DNA of 63,908 bases, filler included, from Vezdaea acicularis (Eukaryota): assembly GCA_026025075.1 (NCBI GenBank). It is 5 parts of 5 records of this genome, joined end to end, with 100 filler letters (N's around TTAATTAATTAA, not from the genome) between each part and the next. Parts side by side here need not be neighbours in the genome. Positions count along the whole stretch, not along the records: positions 44,772 to 59,208 come from JAPEUI010000229.1; positions 59,309 to 63,908 come from JAPEUI010000302.1; 3 more parts are not named here. The stretch is one strand, 5' to 3'. The notes under the pieces are model-generated. The model was not told where the DNA came from. It did not search any database and was given only the letters and a program-made list of their open reading frames with translations. Position numbers and translations under genes: made by a program. Shown here piece after piece: positions 48,510-61,089 of the stretch (position 1 is its first letter; each line of letters starts with the position of its first letter).

Positions 48510-51500
48510 ATGGATACAGAAGTTCCAGCTATTTTACCTCTGCCCCAGGAGGTTGTGGCCCAAATCAAGTCCTCAACGACCATCACGTCCCTTCCTATGG
48601 TGATTCAGGAGCTTATACGGAATGCTCTTGACGCAGACGCTAGTAGCATCAATATAAGTGTTGACTTCAAACGCGGTGGCTGTACTGTAGAAGATGACGG
48701 CTCAGGCATACATCCAGGAGAGTTTCAGGAGGCCGGAGGATTAGGAAAGCTGCATTGTATTTTGGCACTTGAGAGATCAACCTCAAGAGTACGCTGACGC
48801 TCGAATAGACACGTCTAAGCTTGGAAGCTCTTCAGTACTCCATGGCTTTCGCGGATCCTTCCTTGCTTCTTTAGCAGCACTATCCTTGCTCTCCATAACT
48901 TCTCGACATAAATATCATCGCTCAACGAACTCTCTATTACTTCAGCACTCCAAGGTTGTCAGTCGCAAGAAGATGAATGCTTTTGACAAGACAGATTTAC
49001 TTACAGATTGGAGTACTCGTGTCGTAGTCCGAGATTTGTTTGGAACCATGCCGGTCAGGGTTAAGCAACGAGCGTTAGCTGCTGAAGACTTCACGGCCAA
49101 CGATAGGGAATGGGAACAGATCAAGCATGGCATTGCATCACTTCTAATTCCTTGGAATAAGAGAGTCGAAGTGGTTGTTAAAGACGTGGACCGGAATAGA
49201 AGATTTGCTATTCGAGGCAGGGAATCTACTGAAAATGAGCGTGACCAGATTCAGCGCGTCATGCGATGGCAGTTGGATCTCACTTACATCAGATCAGTCT
49301 TGACGCAAGCTACGTACATATCGCCAACGAGTTGGGAATCTTGGGAGAGGTTAAGCGCATACACTTCAAAAGTCTCTATCATGGCAGCCATCTCACTCGA
49401 CCCGGCGCCAACCAAAAACATCCAATTTATCTCGTTGGGTGCTAGACCTCTAGAGATAGAGCATGGAAGAAACGTAATCTATGAGGAAGTCAACAAAGTT
49501 TTTGCAGCTTCAAGATTTGGTACGTCAGAAGATGAGGCAGAGATAGATGCAGCTGAAAGAGATAGAAGGCTGAGGGACAAGCGCTTCAAGAGGGACGGAA
49601 TCAATCAAAAGCAGATGCAAGGCGGTAGGAAAGGGGTCGATAGGTGGCCTATGTTCTACATCCGCATAGACCTAAAAGAAAAGGAGTCTAGTCATGTTAG
49701 GGTTGCAGATGACTGGATCGAAAACGAGGGCCGTCTGGGTACGATCCTTAGAGTCCTGAAGTCTCTGGTCATTGCATTCTTGAGGGAACATCACCTTCGC
49801 CCACAGCGCCATAACAAGGGTTGTAAAGCTGGTGGCGACGGGGCCCAAATCGCTCTCACAAGAGCTGAGCGCCTTTCGGGGCAACCCGCTGATGCGCTCT
49901 CGATTCTAATGACTTCTCATGGAGCTCCGAACCAACTGAGGCCATCTGCAAGCGCTTCTGATCTTGCGAGAGAACGTCCGAAGAAGAAGCGCAAGCTCTC
50001 TTCTAATATGCAAGGCGCACCTGACTTGGCTGAAGTCAGGCTCCCAAATTTCAAGGTTAAGTCCTCTTTACGTACTAGGTCTGACTTTAGTACATGGAGT
50101 CGCATTAAGAGCGGCCGGAGCACTTTATTCGAAGAGACTCATGTTGAATCGCGAGAAGAAGAGCGAAGCAGCTCTAGGGACGTGCCAAATGGGATATCTC
50201 TACCAGAGACACGAGATGTGTCTAATAAAGCCTTCAATCCAGTCAGCGGCTTAGCTGATACACTCAACGTATCCTGTGGTCATAGTCGTGAGTCATCTAC
50301 AAGCTCCTGTAACATGGGCACAACCCTGCAAGAAACTGCGCCTTCTTCGAGAGCCGGTGAAAGCAATAAAAAGGTCACGGACGAGACCGTCTCCTGGACT
50401 GATCCAAAGACAAAGAGAATAACACAATTTAATTCTCGCACTGGCCATACTACACTGAAAGTCGCTCTCCGCTCTACTTCCACTATCCCTAGCCATGCGA
50501 ACTCTTTACGTCCTGCGTCTGCGCCCATGCTTTCTACTCGTGGTGGAAGAATGACTGCGGACACCTCTGTGAAGCCTCACACTCGGCCGAGATCAACGAA
50601 TTCAGATCAATGGATTGACCAATACCTGCAGAAGTGGAAGAATCCAATATTTGCTCTAACAGAAAAGGCGATTGCGCAAGCTTCGCTCAACGGGCCGAGC
50701 CTGGAACCGGCAGATGGTTGCACAGAGGGTGGATTATGCACACACGCGGACGTTGATGGTGCTCATAAGGAGATGGTAAGCGCTATTTCTGCGACTGTCT
50801 CGAAGAAAGCTCTTGAGAAGGCGAAAGTGGTCGCGCAGGTAGATGGAAAGTTCATATTGGTCAAGATCCCGAGTGTGTTGAATGGAAAATATGAAGAAGG
50901 GAAGGATATGCTGGTGCTAATCGACCAGCATGCTGCTGATGAGCGCTGCCGCCTTGAGGACTTGCTTGCATCACTTTGCGGGGCTGCTCCCGTGGCCAAT
51001 GACCCAGCCCAAGCTCTTACTTCTTCGCTAGGTCTAGCTTCACCTATTCGAACCTACCGATTAGAGAAGCCTATCATGTTTACTGTCTCATTGCAAGAGG
51101 TATCCCTCTTCAGGAGACATGCAGCACACTTTGCCGAATGGGGCATTCTCTATGACACTCCTTCAATTCATCCTTGCACCTCGAAGCTTTTACAGAACCA
51201 GCATGAAAACGACTCGCAGAATAGAATCGCCGTAATCTCCATTCCTCCTGTAATCGCCGAGCGCTGCAAAGCCGAATCACATCTTATCACCGAGCTTCTC
51301 CGGCGTGAGGCCTGGAACATCTCAAAATCTCCAACACGGCTGAAGACTCTCGCGAAGGCCATACATCACGACAGGAGCGACTGGGTCAGACGTATTGCAA
51401 CTTGTCCGCCGGACCTGCTCAATATGCTAAACTCACGGGCTTGCCGCAGCGCGATCATGTTTAATGACAAGTTGAGTACGGAGGAATGCGAGGTCCTGGT

Positions 51501-51726
51501 GGAGAGACTGGCACGATGTATCTTTCCGTTTCAGTGCGCCCATGGGAGGCCGGCTATGGTGCCTTTAGTTGAGTTAGAAGCTGTGGGGGAAGGATGGGAA
51601 AACAGGCATATCGTGGAGAGTACAAGAGTGGGTGAGTTCGGCGCAAGTAGTGAAATTGCGAAGTGGGGAAGATGGACGAATGAGGGGCAGCACACCATGG
51701 AGGAGGGGCGTGAAGATAAGAGATAG
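48510..51726 (+). CDS. MLH3: MutL homolog Mlh3, ~1054 aa
   Basis: GHKL motifs (QELIRNALDA, VEDDGSGI, HYTSK, HGFRG); endonuclease DQHAADERCRLE; SRACRSAIMFND; FPFQCAHGRP. Intron 48757-48808. Confidence 0.92.
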
Positions 51727-52381
51727 AGCCGAATTATGGTATAATCTCTTTCTACTTGATGGTAAGCTTATAGGATGTCCAAGGGCCGTCTTGATCATAT
51801 TGTTCACCAGACAATTTTATGGGGTTTTGCTGTTATATCGTGTTCATGGTATATCAAGCATGACTGACATTGCTTGGCTAAATGAGCGACTAGCCGCCCT
51901 ATAGACCACATGCCTTTATAAGACTTACTTAGGGGTTGTTAGCCTCTTTGTCAATGGTGCGGTAAGGATCCACACTGAATACAAATCCTCTTTTTTTCTT
52001 TTCGGAAAGAACGTGTCTCACCATGCACCAAGAAGCTCTAAAATGGCGGCTTGAAGCCTTGTTTTCGGATGCTGCTACGTTCTCACCATCGTTATGGTTG
52101 CAACCTGCACGTCGGCGAATCGGCATAGAGAGCACCTCGCAACTGCGCTCTCGCCTCAGCCTTCCATCGCTCCTCTCAGCCTGATGGCTTTTGCCATTGC
52201 CCCGCTCTCCACGTCGACGAACGATTCGTTCGTAATGACCTTTTATGAGCTTTGCCTCATTAATTGCTGAAGGTCTTCAAGGAAATCATTTGCGTTGAAC
52301 GACTCTTATCATGTTCAAAGCCTTGAATATGTAATGTTGCTAGTTTAGTTGCTGGCTGGTACCCTTCAGCCTCATTCCGAT

Positions 52382-55300
52382 ATGGCAAACTCAATCACCG
52401 ACCCAGAGGTCTTTGAGCATGCCATGGCATCGCTTTTTGTCGCATCTGTGTTCACGGATTCAGACTTTGATAAGATGAGTCAGCTTCTTCTACAATTTGG
52501 CAAAGTTGAGTGGAGCTATAGGCCTAGGACATATGCCGTTCTTCGCATGATAGATGAAGTGGATCTATTTGATAGTATTATAGCTGAAGGGCTAAAAGAT
52601 ATAGCATTTCCTTATACTCCGGAACAGTTGCCGCAAGCTCTGAACAGTCCTTCACTTCGATCCAAATTTCTTGAAAACCAAATGATGGTTTCGACAAAGG
52701 CAACTGATTTGGAGAATAAGAGTGGCCGGCACAGGCATTTTGCCCAGGACGCGGATATACATTTTGATAACCTAGGGATTCTTGGGCGCGGTGGTTTTGG
52801 AGAGGTGCATCATGTTCGCAGCAAGTTATCAAGAGAAGAGTTTGCTGTATGTCTTTCTGTTCAGATATCGTATCGATACAATAGTTGACACTCTCTACTC
52901 CAAATTTTAATTTCTACTAAGTTATCTTAAGTTCACATATTTGATGGATAAAGCTAACTTTGCCTTTGATACTTAGAGAAAACGACTCCATCGAAGGAAA
53001 GCATTTTCTAGAGATAAAGATGCTGTTATGGCATTTGAGAATGAACTTACAAACCTCAAGAGACTCTCACACCTTCATCTCGTCCAATTTGTTGGTTCAT
53101 ATTCTGACCCTAAATATATCTGCATCCTTATATCTCCGGTAGCGGACTGTGATCTTAAAGAACTCTTACTCCAAACGCCATTTCCAAAGAAAGACCTGAT
53201 ACTGCTTCGTGGATTTTATGGCTGTTTGTGCTCTGCTGTTTCTTATCTCCATAATAATAAATGCCGCCATAAGGATCTAAAACCCGAGAATATACTAATC
53301 AAGAATCAAAAGGTGTTGATCACAGACTTTGGTACAGCACGGGACTGGAGTAATCGTTCGCGAAGTATTACGGCTGGAGATACGGGTGCCTATACTAAAT
53401 TATATGCTGCACCAGAAGTCATATCTGAAGATCCACGAGGTTCATCTGCAGATATATGGTCACTAGGCTGTGTCTATCTTGATATGACGACAGTACTCAA
53501 CGGAGAATCTTTAGATGACAAATTCGAATTTTTTGAAAAGCGCGGTACGCTTAAATGGACTCCTGCGGAAAATCTAATGGCTCTTGATATGTGGTGCAAG
53601 CGAGAGCTGCCAAAACATAGCGAGGAACAGCCCATCGAATGGATTCGGCAGATGATGCAAGAGGATCGAAACATTCGTCCAACTGCCGCCGCTCTACTGG
53701 ATCAAATCCAGACTGACAATGGACCTCAAGTCTATTACAATTCTTGTTGCAACGGAGAAAACGAAAGTTCAGATGACGCGTCATATCAGGGTTCAATCTT
53801 CGACGAGAAAATAACAACTCATACAGTGATAAAGCACGTCAATGAAGCGCTCACCCCTTCAGCCCTTCGAGGTGATAAGGAGGAGACATTTTCAGGAAAT
53901 TCTGATTCAATGGAAGCTAAGAAGATAAAAGATGACGAATATGAGAATGCGATACTGCTTCTGAAGATGAAAGGATTCTGGATTTCTTCGAAACCCTTTG
54001 AAATAGATGAAGCACTCTTATGGGCAGCTGAAAATGGGCACAAGGCAGTTGTGCAACTACTGCTAGAGAAAGGAGCGGACGTGGCCGCAAAGGACGACCA
54101 GGGTTGGACGGCGCTGCACGTTGCAGCTCACTACAGGCAGGAAGTGGTAGTGCGACTGCTGCTGGAGAAGGGGGCGGACGTCGCTGTGACGGACCACATG
54201 GGACAGACTGCGCTGCACCTGGCGGCCATATATGGACAGGAGGCGGTGGCGCGGCTGTTGCTCGAGAAGGGGGTGGACTTCGCCACGAAGGACGACCAGG
54301 GTTGGACGGCGCTGCACGTTGCAGCTCACTACGGGCAGAAGGTGGTGGCGCGACTGCTGCTCGAGAAGGGGGCGGACGTCGCTGCGAAAGACCACATGGG
54401 ACAGACGGCGCTGCACCTGGCCGCCCCTGAGGGGGAGGAGGCAGTGGCACGGCTGTTACTGGAGAAGGGGGCGAATGTCGCTACGAAAGACGACCAGGGC
54501 CAGACGGCGCTGCACGTTGCAGCTCATTACGGGCAGGAGGTGGCGGTGCGGCTGCTGCTCGAGAAGGGGGTGGACGTTACTGCGAGGGACCACATGGGAC
54601 AGACTGCGTTGCACCTGGCGGCCCCTGAGGGGCACGAGGCGGTGGCGCGGCTGTTACTGGAGAAGGGGGCGGACGTCGCTGCGAAGAACAACCAGGGGTG
54701 GATGGCTCTGCACCTGGCGGCCAAACACGGGCAGGGCGCGGTGGCGCAACTGCTGCTCGAGAAAGGGGCGAATGTCATCGAGAAGAGCGAAGAGCAAGGA
54801 GAGACGCTACTGCATTGGGCCACCAAATACAAACAGGAGGCCGTGGCGCGGCTGCTACTCGAGAAGGGGGTGGACGTCACTGCGACGGACAACCAGGGGT
54901 TGACGGCGCTGCACTGGGTAGCTGCAGGGGGGCAGGAGGCGATAGCGCGGCTGCTGCTTGAGAGGGGGGCGGACATTTCCGCAGAGGACATCCACAAGAA
55001 GTCAGCGCTGCACTGGGCGGCCAGACACGGGCAGGAGGCAGTGGCACAGCTGCTGCTCGAGGAGGGGGCGGACTTCGCCACGAAGGCCGACCAGGACCGA
55101 CCGGCGCTGCACTGGGCGGTCGCATTCGGGCATGAGGTGGTGGCGCGGCTATTACTGGAGAAGGGGGCGAACGTTGCCACGAAAGACGACCAGGGCCAGA
55201 CGGTACTGCACGTTGCAGCTCAATACGGGCACGAGGTGGTGGTGCGGCTTCTGCTGGAGAAGGGAGCGGACGTCGCTGCGAAAGACCACATGGGACAGAC

Positions 55301-55739
55301 GGCGCTGCACCTGGCGGCCATCTACGGACAGGAGGCGGTGGCACGGCTGTTACTGGAGGAGGGGGCAAACGTCGCTACGAAAAACGCCCATGGGTGGACG
55401 GCGCTGCACCTGGCAACCAAACACGGGCAGGAGGCGGTGGTACGGCTGCTGCTCGAGAAAAGGGCGGACGTCAATGTGCGGGACAACACGGGACAGACGG
55501 CGTTGCACCAAGCGGCCATAGAGGGCGAAGAGGGAGTAGCACGGCTATTGCTAGAGAAGGGGGCGAATATCGACCTAGCGAACATGTATGGCAAGACACC
55601 GGTGTACTACGCGGCGTTAAACGAGTTTCATGCGGTGGAGCGGATGCTACTGCAGAAGGGGCAATTCAATTCATTGAGAATGGACCAGCGCAAATTGACT
55701 AGGAGGGTGCGCAAAACAGCGGCTAGGCCTCAGAAGTGA
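52382..55739 (+). CDS. Ser/Thr protein kinase fused to 17 ankyrin repeats, ~1075 aa
   Basis: GRGGFG, FA|RK, HKDLKPEN, DFG, APE, DIWSLG. Intron 52847-52976 (GTATGT..GCTAAC..TAG) joins the two ORFs in frame. Confidence 0.9.
54009..55661 (+). repeat. Ankyrin array, 17 x ~99-nt units with high internal DNA similarity
   Basis: TALH.AA..GQE.V.RLLLEKGA.V..KD..G units; acggcgctgcac and ctgctSgagaagggg recur. Confidence 0.93.
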
Positions 55740-56898
55740 TGTGGGTAGGAAGCCCCCTTCCATCCTAACCCACCATGTAGCCTTAGAGCTTATTAAGTGT
55801 TTAATAGGTGTCAATGTTTCTTTCGGATTCTGGCTGTTCAAATCAGTAGCCAAGAATTAATAGCACAGGTTTAAGAATTGCTCAACCCCTCTGCATTTTG
55901 CTACTGTAAACACTGGGTTGGAACTTTCTAACAGGTGCCACCACGGTAGGGTGAGAGCCGTCTTGGCTTTATGGCACAGCTATGTCATTGATAACGGTTG
56001 AAGAAAGGCATTAAGCCCATCTAAACGGCTTGGACAGTTAAACGCTTGGGTCCAAGAATGTTCGCTCTCTTGTCACTTTTGTCGTTACCATCACTCCCTT
56101 TAAAGTTCATTACCCCTTACCTCCTGGATCACCGACCTCAGGACATTTAAGTTTCTCCTTCAGCTGATGGACAGGCGCGACGAACATGGAGTGAAGTCGA
56201 TTCAGGGGGTAAATCCTAGCATTTCATCGCCTCTATCGATTTTTGTTTAAGATATCATGGAACGATACAACCCTAGTACACGAATCCTGAGAATTGGGGT
56301 TTGGAGTATGGCCTTGACCTGAGCCCCAAGCCATGGGTTGGGCGGATTCGTGACAGGGACAAGGGGGTTGGCTATGCGTTTTAGTGGATATTAGGTGGAG
56401 GAGAGAGTGCGGGTTGGATCGAAGACATTGCAAAATTTCGAGAGATACTCGACAACATATTCTTCCACTTCTCAGGACTAAGTATAGGGTATTGGGTTAG
56501 GTCTGTGTAGTTGTTCCTGTCCGGGGCAGGCAATGAGGCTCTTTGAATAGAGGCGACCTCAGGGCCTGCTGTTCACGTGACTAGCGATTGATGCCTTACA
56601 TGAATGCCACCACAACCCTACTAGAGACTTAGTGATTAATTTACTATTGTCTGCTGGATAGTTTTCACATACCATTCAACTATTGATAATATGATCCATT
56701 AACACGCGTTTCCCCGTAGAGATTGCGTTGAGTCGTCGGCAGCGCGTCGCCGGCTGAGAAGAGTGCTTGCTGCGCCTTGTTTCCCAGATATGTGCTCCAC
56801 ACTTACTGATCTTCGAGCCTTGTCTAACGTCTTACACGTCTTCAAATGCTTCGGTTCTAGATTATCAGTCTCTGTTTATTAACCCAGCACAGTATATC

Positions 56899-59115
56899 AT
56901 GTCTGCAAGCATTCTTCAAGTGCCTTTTGAGGGCTTCCAAATAATAAAGCTAGCACAAAGCTTCAGCCTTAGGGCCTACCAGGCTCTTTATGACGACCGT
57001 ACGGAACCGGTCGGGATTGTCGCCGTTATTCAAGCCTTTGGCCTTGTAAACCCTTCTGCGCAAACACTGGACCGCTTTGCGCGAGAATTGAAAAATGGAA
57101 CAAGTCAACGGAAACTACAAGGCACGGGCATAGAACTAGTTACAGGGCAAAGCTCTACCACCAAGGAAATGACAAAAACACAGGAAGGCGAAGTTGCCTT
57201 GATGATCTTGTCATTTCTGTTGCATTCTCTAAGGATTGATACGGTGACCGAGATTGTCAAAGTGACGGTCAATAAAACCCCAGAACATCTTGTGCCAATC
57301 AAACCACGAAGGTCCCAGATTGATAGTTTGGTGAAAGCAGTCGATTCTCAAACGTCATGTGTGACATGGCAAGAGACGATCCGCGAGGCTGAAGTTTCTG
57401 TTGGTGAGATGCCACTCGCATCAGCGCGATCTAACTCACCACTGCCTTCTTGGGCTTTTGATGTGCCGGCTGAGAGTCTCTCTGAGTATTTCCGCGGCCT
57501 GTGCAGCATCTGTCGATTTCCGGATGAATATCTATGCGTGCTCGAGACAAGCGGCAGTCTCTCGGTCCCTTTTGCTCTGGCAAGTTCAATTTGTGGACTT
57601 CGTGTTTGTGTGATAGTTGACGGTGAAGTAGTCCATGGAAGCTCGTCTGCTGGACAGTGGCAAGTTCGACTTGAAAGAATTAAAGATCGTACCTGGACAG
57701 CAATCAAATTTGGACGGAAAATGGAGAACATTCAAGACTTACTAGTAGTGGATGAAGTTGGTCCAGTAAGAGCTAACAAGATTCCTGTCAAAGGAATAGG
57801 AAGGTCGACCACCGTTGGGCAAGGCATGAAAGAGCCTGAAGCAGACGATCTTGCGCAGTGTGCGATTGGCATCGCTTCAAAAGCTTTAAATGACATGCAG
57901 CGCGAAGTATTGGACTACAGTGAAGAAGATTTGGATTCTGTATCTTATCAGAGTAACTCCACATCGTCCAAGGGATCAAGGACCGCGTTAACGCCAGTGA
58001 AGACTCGTGTATGCGCTAGAGTCGTTGCTTTATGGTGGGATTGTTCGATCAGCCACGCGGCAGAGATGCTAGCGGAAGGACGAGGTTCCGTTGCTTTACA
58101 GGATGACAACCTAGGATGGGATCATATCAAATTTCCAAAGAGGACTCTTGGCAATATAACTAGCTTCGAATCTTTAGACGGGACCAAAAAAATGCAACGC
58201 TACCGTCAAACGTGTGAGCCTTGCTCTAGAGACGACTATGTTAGGCTTCTGCACACATTGACATCTCAGGTATTGTTGCTGAGCTTCCTAGAGTTTAACG
58301 ATAGGTCAGAAAACTCCATTCGTGTCCGGAATGGAAGCAGGCCACATAATACTGTTCTCGGCAGAGCGATAAATGGCACACGAAAACCTTCTTCTCTTGG
58401 TCAAACCGATGTTCTTCGTAGCTGGTATTATTGGATAGCGGGCATCTCCCCTAAAGAACTTGATCGAGTTGATGCATATTCTATGGAAGGATTCCTTGTT
58501 TACCGAAATCTTTTGTTTGACCTGAGTCTGGCACCATGCGCTAGTGAGACAGTCATTGTCGAGCCCGGTCACATCCTCTTCGAACATCGCCGATCAGATC
58601 TAGTCGTGAGCGCCGATCATGGATACGCGGTGATAGGACATCCTCAATATAGGGAGAGGAAAACTGGCCCTTGTCGGATAAAATCTGCCGATAAGACTGG
58701 ACCGGTTAACCTTATATACACTGTAGAAGAACAAGAAAATAAGCTGGAACTTACCTTGCAGCTCAAGGTTGGTGATTCGGTTACAATCGATACTTCCTTC
58801 CATGCAGTTGCCATGGAGAGTTGGAAGTTAGAGTACGATGACACAATTTTGGATTGCAGCCACGGAAGCGCTCCGCGAACCGAATTAATAAGTGGGGAAA
58901 CAATTGAAGAACTGACCCCTGGCTTTGGGCCTGAGCTAGAGACTGGACCACCGGCCTGGAGATCGCTGAAGGTTTTCAAGTCATACAACAACTCTCTCGG
59001 TGAAGTTGCAGCTTTGATGAGCGCGAATGGTCGGGGTTTGCTAAAAACAAAAGATTGCTTGCGCTGTTGTCTTTCTCATGCGCAATCAGCCGGTCTTGAT
59101 TTTGTTATTGACTAG
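56899..59115 (+). CDS. Hypothetical protein, 738 aa, intronless
   Basis: Uninterrupted ORF of globular composition with C-terminal DCLRCCLSHA; no motif I can name. Confidence 0.75.
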   Translation: MSASILQVPFEGFQIIKLAQSFSLRAYQALYDDRTEPVGIVAVIQAFGLVNPSAQTLDRFARELKNGTSQRKLQGTGIELVTGQSSTTKEMTKTQEGEVALMILSFLLHSLRIDTVTEIVKVTVNKTPEHLVPIKPRRSQIDSLVKAVDSQTSCVTWQETIREAEVSVGEMPLASARSNSPLPSWAFDVPAESLSEYFRGLCSICRFPDEYLCVLETSGSLSVPFALASSICGLRVCVIVDGEVVHGSSSAGQWQVRLERIKDRTWTAIKFGRKMENIQDLLVVDEVGPVRANKIPVKGIGRSTTVGQGMKEPEADDLAQCAIGIASKALNDMQREVLDYSEEDLDSVSYQSNSTSSKGSRTALTPVKTRVCARVVALWWDCSISHAAEMLAEGRGSVALQDDNLGWDHIKFPKRTLGNITSFESLDGTKKMQRYRQTCEPCSRDDYVRLLHTLTSQVLLLSFLEFNDRSENSIRVRNGSRPHNTVLGRAINGTRKPSSLGQTDVLRSWYYWIAGISPKELDRVDAYSMEGFLVYRNLLFDLSLAPCASETVIVEPGHILFEHRRSDLVVSADHGYAVIGHPQYRERKTGPCRIKSADKTGPVNLIYTVEEQENKLELTLQLKVGDSVTIDTSFHAVAMESWKLEYDDTILDCSHGSAPRTELISGETIEELTPGFGPELETGPPAWRSLKVFKSYNNSLGEVAALMSANGRGLLKTKDCLRCCLSHAQSAGLDFVID

Positions 59116-59208
59116 GCGCAAAGAGATAAACGCGATTGTTTCCAAAACTGCATGTGGTAGAGGTCTGTAACAGTCATATAGCCAAGCTAAATCTCAGTAT
59201 CCACGAAT

Positions 59209-59308
59209 NNNNNNNNNNNNNNNNNNNNNNNNNNNNNNNNNNNNNNNNNNNNTTAATTAATTAANNNNNNNNNNNNNNNNNNNNNNNNNNNNNNNNNNNN
59301 NNNNNNNN
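59209..59308. other. Artificial contig-joining spacer
   Basis: N44-TTAATTAATTAA-N44. Confidence 0.98.
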
Positions 59309-61089
59309 ACAGTCACACACCTCCCGAACCAAAGGACGACTGGGAGCTATCAAACGGGTGCTACGTCCTGTCGTGGTGCCGTTCGTGAATCTCTCATCCT
59401 CGTATTCTGCAGAATGGCATTCTGCTCGCTCTCACCGCGCCTTTCGCACTTGATGACTATATGATCCGTGCGCTCTACTTGTGAGGCCTTCATACGAAGG
59501 TGTCTTGGTGGGAAGCAGGCCAGCGATGGACCTTCCACTCTGGATGAAGCCGATAGCGGTGTCACGATGGAGGGGGAGAGAGCTCTGGAGCTGTCCTGCA
59601 CTGCCACGCCACCAGCTGCCTTTGTGGTGAGCTGCGAGCAACCGTTGGCCGGAGCTTTGCCCGTACCTCGGATCACGCAACTCGGTGCTAACCATAAGCG
59701 ATCTAGCTGTGTTTGAAGACCGCATCGGGAATAGTCTCGACTAAGCGAGTCTCGCTTGCCCTGAGCAATCTTGGTCTGCCACGGTCGGGCCTGATTGGCT
59801 GAACCGCGGTCCACTCAGCTTTGAGACAGGGCAGAGAGGCCGCGACAGCACGCTGCCACAAACACCATACAGAGCGGCGTTTGCATGACTTTTCTCCTTC
59901 GCGCTCAGCTGCGCCCAACAAGCCAATAAACATGTCCGCTGACACGCTCGCTGTCCATGTCGTCCAACTCATGCAGCAAAAGCTCTCAGCGTGTCTGTCC
60001 AGTACGCATGGGCGCTTTTTGAAGGCAGCGCTGTATGCGTGCGACAAAGGCAAACTCGCTGGTGGTGTCCACTCTGGTCGTCCCATATCTGTCTCGGTCT
60101 GGCCAACATTCCGCGAATGTCCAAGGAGACCATGGTGACGGATACCCTTGGCCTCTATTAGTGGAACATGGCCCAGTGAGGTCGCAAAGCCCAACGGGAG
60201 CGATCTCCAAGAGGTATCGACCGAAATGATCGCGACCCTGGACTCTCTCTCGCCGTTTCAACTCTTATGATCAATGCGATGACAGTGAAGAGGTGCCAGT
60301 CACGACCATGACCGTATTCATGCGAAACGCCCGCCAGGGGCAACGCCGAATAGGGCGTGGGCGAATGGCAGCCCTGAAGGCGCTTGCTCGGGGCGTCCCT
60401 GAACTCCACCGGCTTCGTGGTGGGCTGTCGCTGGTTTTCCGCAGTCACAAAGTCGGTGTGCCCGCGCGTCCGATTGGGTCGGTGCGCTCCTTCAGACGCA
60501 GGCCCCTGCGCCCGCCAGAGCCTAGAAGGCCTAGCTGCCGTTGGCCGCGGGGAGAAATGCGCCCGGGGCCGGTGCCCATTGGCCAGTCTCCCCTGCCAAG
60601 CTCCATCGCCAAGCATCGCACAGGGGCAAGGCCGGCCCTTCACAGCCGCACTGCTGGCTTTTTCGCTCGCGCCCCTCAATCCTCGTCCTACTTCAATCAC
60701 CACCGCCCACCTTCACTCTTTTCCCTTTCTCTCCTACTCCTTCACCCACAGGCTTGACGTCTTGTGCATTCTGTCTTTTTTCACACTCCTTCGGTGATCC
60801 CCATCATCACTCTTCTCTCGAGATTATCGAAATCTCATCCCTTCATTCATCTCGCGTTCAACCCCGAAAATTTGCGCAATATCTTCAAACAGGGCCAGCT
60901 CCCTCGACACTCAAATTCTGACGAACAGCGTTGACGCTCATCCCCAAGCACGATCTAGCATCGTATCACGAGTCGCAAGCCGATTCACCACCATCATTCA
61001 ATCTTGAAAAGACAGAACTCGCACAAGGCCTTCACCGCCGCCCACAGCTTCTACAGCAATCCAGCATCTGCCGATCCGACCCCGCAAAC

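Noticed and set aside
48841..48880. MLH3 GFRGSFL instead of GFRGEAL as an inactive ATPase
   Set aside because: By recall this motif is commonly divergent in filamentous-ascomycete Mlh3; the endonuclease motifs are intact.
51900..52340. Possible pseudogene fragments between MLH3 and the kinase
   Set aside because: Short broken frames with no recognisable homology.
53917..55702. Antisense and off-frame ORFs over the ankyrin array
   Set aside because: By-products of GC-rich 99-nt repeats.
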